From NCBI GenBank assembly GCA_977017645.1, contig OZ360228.1:49228001-49292000 (forward strand): DNA of 64,000 nt, given 5' to 3'. The notes beneath the pieces were generated by a model. That model was not told where the DNA came from, ran no database searches, and saw only the letters and a list, made by a program, of their open reading frames with translations. The DNA is from Torpedo marmorata (taxonomy: Eukaryota). Of the stretch, positions 52,110 to 63,188 are shown in pieces (the first letter of the stretch is position 1; each line of letters begins with the position of its first letter). The translations under genes were made by a program, and so were the position numbers.

Positions 52110-52400
52110 TTTATTTAGACATGAATTCCTTAGAGATGCTGCATTTTGTCCACGGGCAGTGAGACTGCTGAATGACTGATGAACTGCTCGCACAAACCTC
52201 TGTGACTCAACTGTTTATTTAACAATAATATTTATATATGTTAATATTTGTAAATAAGTACTGTGCATATGTATTGTTTGTCTGGATGTGTGTTATGTCC
52301 AGATGTGTGTTTGCAGTGTGCTGCACTGAGGACTGGAGAATTCTGTTTCATCGGGTTGTACTTGTACAATCGGATGATAAATAAACTTGAACTTAAACTC
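52110..52400 (+). mobile_element. Rex1/Babar-like 3' end; inverted sister copy at ~53137-53320
   Basis: AVRLLND* then a 3'UTR ending gatgataaataaacttgaactt; reverse-complement copy begins caagttcaagtttatttatca at 53140. Confidence 0.7.
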
Positions 52401-54024
52401 AAAAGGGTGTCATCAGAAAAAAATGCTAAATTCACTCACTGTTCTGATTTTTAGCCATCTAAAAGCTGAACTATGCATTCACAGGTCACAAAGTGGAATG
52501 GAGGGAAGAGAGAAATTTGGGGGAAGGTGTTAAACTGTTTAGTTTAATGGCCATGAACCCCTTCCCCAATTACCCTCGTACAGTGGAGTTGCCCAGCTGG
52601 GCCACTTTACTATGATTGTCAAGATTCACATCACAGCATATCATCTGCAGGTGCAGAGATGTAAAAAATGTAAAAAAACAGATTGTTAACCTCAATGTTT
52701 GGTGGGGGGGCGCGGGGGGTGGGGGGGTGTGGTTGAGGCAATTGCTGAAAACTAGAATGATGCCCCATCGGGGACCCACTAATTCACATGTGGTTCCCAC
52801 TTTTCAGTGTCATCTACTTGTTCACTTGTTTCACTGGGGGTTATCTACGAAGATTGCAGGTCACAAGCTTTTGAACTAATCTCTGTTCCAAAGTCAGAAA
52901 CACAGAAATGACTGTGTCATTATATGAGTGAAATTCATTGGGGAGATGACAGCCACATTCAAGTGTATTAGGACAAGAAATGCCTGATATAATTTCCAAA
53001 AGGACAGGACCAACAGAAAATGTGTGGAAACTCATCAAAATATGCAAAACACTTTTTTTTGTAATTTATGCATGAAAATCCGGCATAAATAATTTTCAAA
53101 TCAATTTCTGGGTAAAATTGTGCTGGTAGGTAATAAGTCCAAGTTCAAGTTTATTTATCATTCGATTGTACAAGTACAACACGACGAAACAGCGTTCTCC
53201 GGTCCTCAGTGCAACACACTGCAAACACACATACAGATAAAACACATATTCAGACAAATAATACATATGCACAGTACGTATATACAAATATTAAAATAAA
53301 TGAATATTATTGTTATATAAATAGGTGAGGATTAATATTTAACCATCAAAATAGTCCCAATAGTTTTGAATCCCTGGGAGTTGATGCTATAAATACTAGT
53401 AACTCTGAAAATATATGATCACAGTTTTGGTCTCCTTTTTCAAGGAATATTCAACTTCAGAAGTGGAGCAGCGAAGGTTGATTGCTGGATTATCTTACAG
53501 AGAAAGATTGGGCAGTGTACTTATTTGGATATTTATGATACTTGGAGGGATCTTGCAAGAGTCGATACAAGGAGGTTTCTACTGATTGGAGAGTCTGGGT
53601 CTCAGAACACAGTCTCAGAATAAAGAGTTGATAACACTGAGGTGATGTGGAATTTCTTCACATAGCCACAAGTCTTTGAAATTCTCTTGATACAAAGTTA
53701 TAGAAGCTGGTAGATTCAAGAAAGGTATTTTTTGGAATACAGCAAAATGAAGGGCTACAGAGATTGGATAGAAAGATACCGGTAGTTATTTAGGTCAGAT
53801 CAACCAAGATATTAATGGCAGAGCAGGCTCAAGGGGTCACCTCACCCACATTTGCCCCTTTCTTCCAAATTGCTTTATGTAAAGTTAAATTGTATAATAA
53901 ATTGTAAATAAAGAAAATAAACTGTTAGGTATGCTTCCAATAGAATTCAACGTTGGAAATAGCTTTCAAATCCTGCACAGGGTTAGAACTGATACAGAGT
54001 CCTTCACTGCATTGATTTCAATGG

Positions 54025-54397
54025 GGATTGGAGACCTAATGGAGATGTATAAGATGATGAGAGGCTTTGATCGTGTGGATGGCAAGAGGCTTTTTTCCCA
54101 GGGCTGAAATGGCTAACTCGAGGGGGCATAGTTTTAAGGTGCTTGGGAGGAAGTGCAGGGGGGATGTAATAGGTAAGTTTATCACACGGAGAGTACTGGG
54201 TGCATGGAATGCACTGCCGACAACGGTAGTGGAGGCAGGTTCAATAGGATTTTTTAAGAAACATTTAGGTAGGTACATGGAACTGGAAAAATGGAGGGTT
54301 ATGCAGTAGGGAAATTCTAGGCAGTTGTTAGAGTAAGTTATTAGGTCAGCACAACACTGGCTGAAGGGCCTGTACTGTGTTGTAGATTTCTATGTCT
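54025..54397 (+). mobile_element. CR1 3' fragment
   Basis: NSRGHSFKV...RRVLGAWNALP...FKKHLGRYM; tail gaagggcctgtactgtgttgta. Confidence 0.8.
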
Positions 54398-54744
54398 TAA
54401 AAGAAGACTGGGAGTTCCTTTTCAAAAATTATCTATGTTTTATATAATGTTTCTTATCACAGAAAAATATTTTTAACTTTTATTTTTAACTAAGCTTTTA
54501 AAATGTACAAGTTCTTTATTTCAATAAACCCTGGCAGCCTTGACAGCTGGAGAGAGGATTCAATCACCTGTCAAAGCTTTCAAGTTAAATTTGGTGATTG
54601 GGCTTCTCGAGTCCACCATTGTGGTCATGCCACTTCTCAGGCCTCGTTGCTGGTTTCCAGGGAACTTCCAGAGAGCAGCAAAGCCCCTTACGATCAGGGG
54701 TTAAAATAGAGGTGAACTGGAATACCCATTGCAGGCAAAAGCCC

Positions 54745-57700
54745 TGTGGTAAACCACTGTATATGGATTGTGGGCTAGGCGATAAGTCTGGACATGCCCT
54801 GCTGACTGTCCCGGTGGCTCCTCCCACAAACCCCCTTGAATAAAGGCCATTGTGCCATGGCTCCTCCCCCAGTCCGGGACAGATCATCAGCACGAATGTA
54901 GCTCCATTCTTTTGCTAATAAAAGCCTTTCAGTTCTTGTGTAACTTCTAGTCTTTTGGAGTTATTGATGGGCTCATCAATTTTATTAGCAAAACTGTAAA
55001 CATGGAGAACATCTTGAGGCCAGACAAACTGGACATCGACCCACAAACACCAGACGCCGGCAATGCCTTCGAACTCTGGCTAGTCTTCTTCAAATCTTTC
55101 CTAGGGGAGATCAAAGTGCAAGAAGACGCCGAAAAACTCAAGGTCCTCCTCTCCAGGGTAAGCCCACGAGTTTACTCGATGATCCGCGATCTACAGACTT
55201 ATGAGGAGGCGATGAATACCCTCAAAAGACAGTACATACGGCCTGTGAATACCGTATACGCGAGGCACAGGCTAGCAACGCGGCAGCAGCGGCCCAGGGA
55301 GTCGAACGCGGAGTTCGTACGGGCCATACAAACACTCATGCGGGCGTGCGACTGCCGGGGACTGACGGCTGAACAGCACGCTGAGCTCCTAGGGAGAGAC
55401 GCTTTTGTCACAGGGACCAGGTCAGTGTATGTGCACCAGCGGCTGCTGGAACAAGCTGACCTTACCTTCCATTCCGCCGTCGAACTGGCCGACACGCTGG
55501 AGGCCACGCTTCAGAACTCGGATGCTATCCAAGCGCATGATCTCCAGCAGGCTCAGTGGATGCCACCGACCCCCCACCATGCTAGTGAATCGACCAAGGC
55601 CGCCATCAGCCGCGAGCCCGAGAAATGCTATTTCTGCGGGCTTGAGAAGCACCCCCGAAAATGTTGCCTGGCCCGCGAAGCGACCTGCTCCAGCTGCGGA
55701 AAGAAAGGTCACTTCGCTAAGGTCTGCTGATCAAAGCCGCGAGCGGGTTCGAGCAGCGCCGCGTGCGAGACTCGGGGGCTGCCATCTTGTGTGTCGTCAC
55801 TTCCGGCGCCGCCATCTTACCTACCCGCCACCAACACGTGCGAGGGATGGGGGCAGCCATCTTGGGTTTCGTCACTTCCGGTGCCGCCATCTTACCTACC
55901 CGCCGCCAACACGTGCGACTCATGGGAGTGGCCATTTTATTCCACACCAGCGAGCCGACACAGGGTGCCGCCACCCCGGGACAACTGGCACCCCATCGCG
56001 ACGTCGGAGCACGACAGCGACCCAACGTTGGCTTCAGTGACACTCGACCAGAGTGCACCCCATCAACTATCGAGGTCAATGATGGACATTCTGGTCGAGG
56101 GACACAGGACAAACTGCCTGTTCGACACAGGCAGCACAGAGAGCTTCATCCACCCGGACACAGTACAGCGATGTGGTCTCACGACACAGCCGGTAAGCCA
56201 GAGGGTTGCCATGGCTTCCGGGTCGCACACAACAGACATCCGGGGGGGTTTGTGTAGCGACGATAGTGGTACAGGGCACGGAATACCGGGACTTCACGCT
56301 ATTGGTCATGCCCCGACTGTGTGCACCTGTACTACTAGGACTCGACTTCCAGAGTCACCTCCAAAGTGTTACTATGGAGTATGACGGGCCCTTCCCACCG
56401 ATTACTGTCGGTAATCACCAATTCCTTAAAAACACACCCCACACTACTTGCGGTCTATCCACCCTCAAGATCCCGCCCCCATCGCTATTCGCCAACCTGA
56501 CCCCGATTGTAAACCTGTGGCGACCAAAAGCAGGAGATATAGCGCAGGGGACAGGGCATTCATTAAGTCAGAGGTGAGGCGATTACTTGAGGAAGGGATC
56601 ATCGAGGCGAGCACAAGTCCCTGGAGGGCCCAGGTGGTTGTCGTCAAGAACGGGAACAAAAACAGGATGGTGGTAGATTATAGTCAGACCATCAATAGGT
56701 TCACGCAGCTTGACGCGTACACCCTACCACGCATTGCAGATGTGGTAAATCAGATAGCCCAATATAAGCTTTTCTCCACCATAGACCTCAAATCTGCCTA
56801 CCACCAGCTCCCCATTCGCCGGGAGGACCGCACTTACACCGCCTTCGAGGCGGACGGCAGGCTCTATCATTTCCTGCGCGTCCCCTTTGGGGTCACAAAT
56901 GGGGTATCCATCTTCCAGAGGGAGATGGACAGGATGGTGGACCAATGCAATTTAAAGGCCACTTTCCCGTACTTAGATAATATCACCATCTGCGGTCACG
57001 ACCGCCAGGACCACGACAACAACCTTAGGAAGTTCCTCCAGGCGGCCAAAGCGCTCAATCTAACTTATAACAGGGACAAGTGCGTGTTCAGAACCACCCG
57101 ACTCGCTATCCTGGGGTGTGTTGTGGAGAACGGGGACATCGGCCCCGACCCCGACCGCCTGCGCCCCCTGTTGGAACTACCGCTTCCCCACATCCTCAAA
57201 GCCCTCAAAAGGTGCTTGGGCTTCTTTTCGTACTATGCTCAATGGGTCCCTAATTATGCAGACAAGGCCTGCTCCCTAGTCAAGTCCACCACTTTTCCCC
57301 TTACAACAGAGGCACGTGAGGCTTTCAGCCTCATAAAAGGGGACATTGCCAGAGCAGCAATGCACGCAGCGGACGAGTCCACTCCCTTTTAAGTAGAGAG
57401 TGACACGTCCGACTTCGCACTGGCTGCTACCCTCAACCAGGCGGGAAGACCGGTGGCGTTCTTCTCCCGTACCCTTCAAGGCCCAGAAATTCGGCACTCA
57501 GCGGTGGAGAAAGAGGCCCAAGCCATAGTGGAAGCTATCAGGCACTGGAGGCACTATCTCGCCGGGAAAAGGCTTACCCTGCTGACTGACCAACGCTCAG
57601 TCGCATTCATGTTCAGCAGTCAACAGTGGGGTAAAATCAAAAATGATAAAATCCTGAGGTGGAGAATCAAACTCTCCACCTATAACTATGATATAATGTA

Positions 57701-58845
57701 CCGGCCCAGGAAGCTCAATGAGCCCTCCGACGCTCTATCCCAGGGGACGTGTGCTAGCGCACAGATCGACCGGTTATATGCCCTCCACTGTGACCTCCGC
57801 CACCCCGGAGTCACCAGGCTTTTTCACTTTGTGAAAGCCCGTAATCTACCGTACTCCCTGGAAGAGGTCAGGACGATGACCAGCAGCTGCCAAGTCTGCG
57901 CAGAGTGCAAACCGCACTTCTACCGCCTTGACAGGGCACAGTTAATAAAAGCAACCCGCCCATTTGAGCGACTCAGCATCGACTTTAAGGGCCCCCTTCC
58001 CTCCACCGACCGCAACGTGTACTTCCTCAACGTTATTGATGAGTACTCGCGGTTCCCTTTTGCCATTCCCTGCCACGATACCTCGGCCACCTCAGTCATA
58101 AAGGCCTTCCGCAAACTCTTCACGTTGTTTGGATACCCCTGCTATATCCATAGTGACCGGGGGTCCTCATTTATGAGTGACAAGCTGCGACAATATCTGC
58201 TGGCCAAGGGTATCACCACTAGCAGGACCACGAGCTATAATCCACGGGGTAACGGACAAGTAGAAAGGGAGAACGCCACGGTCTGGAAGGCCACACTCTT
58301 AGCCCTCAGGTCTAAGGGATTACCATTCTCCCGCTGGCAAGATGTCCTTCCCGAGGCACTCCACTCTATCCGATCCCTGCTATGTACATCCACCAATGCT
58401 ACACCTCACGAGAGACTCTTTTCCTTCCCTAGGAAGTCGACCACCGGGACTACCCTACCAGCATGGCTGACATCCCCAGGGCCAGTGCTGCTCCGCAAAC
58501 ATGTCAGGAGCAGTAAATACACGCAAACCCCCAGTACGCCTACGTGGTTTTTCCTGATGGGCAGGAAGACACGGTCTCCATCCGGGACCTGGCGCCCGCA
58601 GGAGCACTGGAACCTGCCCTCGAACACCCCCTTGTTACGGTTACCCCCTTGCCTACCATTGAGGAAACACAAGAGGCACCACTCAATTCCAGCACGACAC
58701 CACACGCACCAGCATTTTCGCGATCATCAGACGTGGCAGTACCCCAGATCAGGCAGGAGGTAGCTCTGCCACCTGCCCCATCACCACAAGTACTGCGCCG
58801 ATCACAATGGCAGACTCGACCGCCTGATCGACTTGATCTGTAATG
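54745..58845 (+). mobile_element. Gypsy LTR retrotransposon (element B, same lineage as A); 3' LTR displaced beyond the window by an L1
   Basis: 5' LTR 54745-54978 (TG...CA, 234 bp); gag from 55002; PR LFDTGS; RT IDLKSAY...YLDN; RNase H; IN HSDRG/NGQVER. Stops at 55728 and 57390 plus frameshifts. Confidence 0.93.
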
Positions 58846-59130
58846 TTTTTTTTTTGTTTTTTTTAAATATTTTATTTAAATTTTTAAATCACAAAATACA
58901 TAAAATAATTTTGCATATATTTCAAAAATACATGTGATCTACATTTTCTCCCCCCCTTCCCACCCTCCCCTCCCTAACCCCTATATCCCCACTACTCTAA
59001 AAATAAAATAAAATATAGTAAAAGAGAAAAAGAAAAAGGAAAGATAGAAAAATAGAATGAGGAGACAACAAACTTAAAACTAATTTACCTTAGAGGGTAT
59101 TTTCGCCAGTGGATCCGATATCTAGAGAAT

Positions 59131-62100
59131 TTAAATTGTTAAACCCATAATCCTCATATATGGGCCCCAAATTTTCAAGAAAGAATGATATTTATTTCGT
59201 AAGTTATAAGTAATTTTTTCTAATGGTATACATGAGCGTAACTCTGCATGCCATCGTTCTAAACTTAAATCCACATCTGACTTCCAAGTAATAGCTATAC
59301 ACTTTTTCGAAACTGCTAATACTATACGTAGAAATTCTACTTGGTACATATTTAATCTATTTCTAATACTAAATTTTTTAATGTCTCCAAATAGAAATAA
59401 TATAGGATCCATTGTAAACTCAACATTAAAAATTCTCTCTAAAAAATTCTTAACTTTCAACCAAAAATCTTGAATTTTTGAACATAACCATGTACAATGT
59501 ACAAAAGAACCTATTTCACTTTTACATCTAAAACACATATCTGATAACGCTGGGTTAAATTTCTTCAATTTTTTAGGTGTTAAATATAATTGATGAAAAA
59601 AGTTATATTGTACTTATCTATATCTAACATTAATAACTTTAGTCATACTTAATTTACATAAATCTTTCCAATGATTTTCATCTATATTAACATTTAAGTC
59701 TAATTCCCATTTTAATCTAGATTTATGTAACCCTACTTTAGACATCTTTCTCTGAAACAATTTATACATTTGTGATATAAACTTATTAATATTAGCTTTA
59801 GTAATTAACAATTCCAATTCATTTTGTCTTGGTGCTATTAATTCATTCCCTAATCTCTCAATCAAAAAGGCTTTAACTTGAAAATAAGCTAACATTGTAT
59901 TATCTAATATATTGAATTTTTCTTTTAACCTTTGAAAAGTAATAAATCTACCAGCTTCAAAACAATCTTTTAAAGTCTTAATTCCCTTTTGAAACCATAT
60001 TTTAAGTAATTGATTGTCAATAGAGAATGGTATAAGCGGATTCTGATATATTGGTGTATTTAAAGAAATTGATCCTTTTCGACCTATCTCTTTATCTACC
60101 TGTGACCAAATTTCCAACAAATGTTTAATAATTGGTGAATTTTTCTTTTTAACTGATAGCAATTTAGAATTCCACTTGTAAATAATCTCTTCTTTATGTA
60201 TTTCTCCTATATTATTCAATTCTATATTAATCCAAGCAGAAGATTTAGTTGAATCAAAAAATTCAGTAATAAACTTTAATTGAGCTACTTTATAATAATA
60301 CTGAAAATTGGGGAGTTGTAATCCTCCCATCTCATAATTCCATGTTAATTTATCTATACTTACTCTTGCCAACTTTCCTTTCCATAAAAATTTCCTAATA
60401 ACAAATTTGAAATCTTAAAAAAATTTATTTGGAATACCATGAGGAATCGATTGAAAAAGATATTGAATTCTTGGAAAAACATTCATTTTAATACAATTTA
60501 CTCTTCCCATCAAAGTTATAGGTAGGTCTTTCCAAAATTCTAAATCTTTTTTTATTTTCATAAATAAAGGTATATAATTTAATTTATACAAATTTTCCAA
60601 CTTTGTATCTACTTTAACTCCCAAATATTTAATACTTTCTTTGGCCCACTTAAAATCCGTAACTTCTCTACATCTAGTATAATCCCCTTGAGATAAAGCC
60701 AAAATCTCACTTTTATCTGAATTAATTTTATATCCAGGTATCTCACCATATTCTATCAATATAATAGCCAATTGCTGAAGTGATGTAACAGATTTTGTCA
60801 TATATATTAATACATCATCCGCAAACAAACTAATCTTATGTTCTTCCCTACCAACTTTTATTCCCAATATATTTATATCTTCTCTAATCATTTCAGCTAA
60901 AGGTTCTATTACCAAAACAAACAAAGCAGGTGACAGAGGGCATCCCTGTCTTGTTGATCTTGATAACAAAATTTTTTGCGATATTTGTCCATTTGTAACT
61001 ACTTTAGCCGTAGGTTCTTTGTATATAGTTTTAATCCAATTTATAAAATTATTTCCTAATCCAAATTTTTCCAAAACTTTAAATAAAAAATTCCACTCTA
61101 CTCTATCAAAAGCCTTCTCTGCATCCAATGTTACCACCAATGGTAAATCTTGTTTCTTCTTATATAAATTAATCAAACTTATCAATCTAGCTATATTATC
61201 TTTCGAATATCTATTCTTAATAAATCCAGCTTGATCTGAATGTATTAGGTTTGGTAAATATTTAGCTAATCTATTTGCTAAAATTTTTGCCATTATTTTA
61301 TAATCTACATTTAACAATGAAATAGGCCTATAAGACTCAGTTTTCAACACATCTCTATCTTTCTTTGGTATAACCATAATAATAGCGTTTAAAAATGTCT
61401 TCGGTAATAAATGAGTTTCAGTAACTTGATTCAATACCTCCATATATAAAGGTATCAATAAATCTTTAAATTCTTTATAAAATTCTACTGGAAACCCATC
61501 ATCACTTTTCAACGTCGATATTGCCTCAGTAACTTCTCTCATCGTAAAAGGTAAATCCAAAGAATATTTACTTTGAACATTCAATTTAGGTAGAGTAATT
61601 TTAGATAAAAATCTATTAATCTTCATATCATCATGATCAATCTCAGATCTATATAAATTCTGATAATAATCTTTAAAAGATTCATTTATTTCTTGTGGCT
61701 TATAAGTTATTTCCCCAGTATTTCTCTTCCTTATAGCATTAATAGTTTTAGAAACTTGCTCTTTTTTTAATTGCCATGATAAAACCTTATGAGCTTTTTC
61801 CCCTAATTCATAATATCTTTGTTTCGTTCTTTCAATCAATTTTTCAGTCTTACGAGTTTGTAATAAATTATAGTGTAATTTCCTCCTAACTAAACGATTT
61901 CTCTTAAAAATGGACTTATTTCTCTGTAAATCCTTTTCCATAAATTCAATCTCCCTCTCTAATTTTTCTTCTTCTTTCAAATAATCTTTTTTAATCTTTG
62001 CTGAAAAACTTATTATTAAACCTCTTAGATAGGCTTTCAAAGCTTCCCATATCATAAATTTATCATTAACCGAATTATTATTTGTTCTTAAAAACTCCTG

Positions 62101-62931
62101 AATTTCTCTTCTCATATATTCACAAAAATCTTTTCTTTTCAATAAAGAGGAATCAAATCTCCAATTATATACAGTTTTTTCCTTCTCCGGGATTATACAT
62201 GTCATTAATAGGGGTGAATGATCTGAAATTATTCTTGCTTTGTAGGATACCTGTGTTATTCTATCCTGAATTTGTGAAGATAATAAGAATAAATCTATCC
62301 TAGAAAATGAATTATGTCTAAATGAATAGAATGAATAATCTTTCTCTCTAGGTTTCAATTTTCTCCAAATATCTACCAAATTTAAATCCTCCATCAAATT
62401 AATAATCTTTTTAACTATTTTAGGTCTAACAGATGTTTTAGAAGTTTTATCCATTACTGGATTTAAACAACAATTAAAATCTCCGCCAATTAAAATATTT
62501 TCTTTAGCATCTGATAAATGTAGAGAAACATCTTGGATAAATTGTTCATCATCAGGGTTTGACACATATAAATTCATAAGAGTCCAAAATTCTGAATAAA
62601 TTTGACAATATATCAAGACATATCTTCCTGCCGTATCAATCACTGTCGATTGTATCTTAAAAGGTAATTTTTTATTAACTAAAATAGCTACACCTCTAGC
62701 TCTAGAATTAAATGAAGAAGCTATAACATGTCCTACCCAATCTCTTTTCAATTTTTGATGTTCAATATCTGTCAGATGAGTTTCTTGTAAAAAAGCTATA
62801 TCTACTTTCAACTTTTTAATATATGCCAAAGCTCTTTTTCTTTTAATTGGATTATTAAGCCCATTTATATTAATACTTACTAAATTTATACTTCTAGAAT
62901 CCCCCATAATCAAAAAAAAAAGATTAACCAT
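59131..62931 (-). pseudogene. L1 ORF2 (APE endonuclease + RT + CCHC), two frameshifts
   Basis: NINGLN, LQETH, GGDFN, SRID, SDH, FADD in 60415..62931; continues in 59614..60372 and 59131..59568. Confidence 0.92.
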
Positions 62932-63188
62932 ACCCTATCAATCAAATCCACCAGCGTTTCCCTCTTGTTCTGCTGTATATACATTTCCTCCTCAACTAGA
63001 TTAAAAGACAGAAGTAATAAAAAAAAGAAAAACTCCCCTATAAAAAACACTGGTCTTCTATTTCCAGTGCTACCCCCCTCCATCGTTCGAGAAGCGGCCC
63101 TCGCCGCTAAGGTGGTGATAGGTTCGGAAGAAGTGTCCGTGAACCCACCTCCCCCCAACAGATATATATTTGTCCAACATATATTCAC

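Noticed and set aside
51870-54744. Next RASGRP1 exon (YWITEFWVMFKMD…)
   Set aside because: No matching peptide or splice sites seen; probably beyond 64000.
8600-58843. Numerous antisense and overlapping ORFs of 60-210 aa inside Gypsy, Rex1, CR1 and L1 copies
   Set aside because: Shadow ORFs of GC-rich or codon-biased retroelement coding sequence; no independent motifs.
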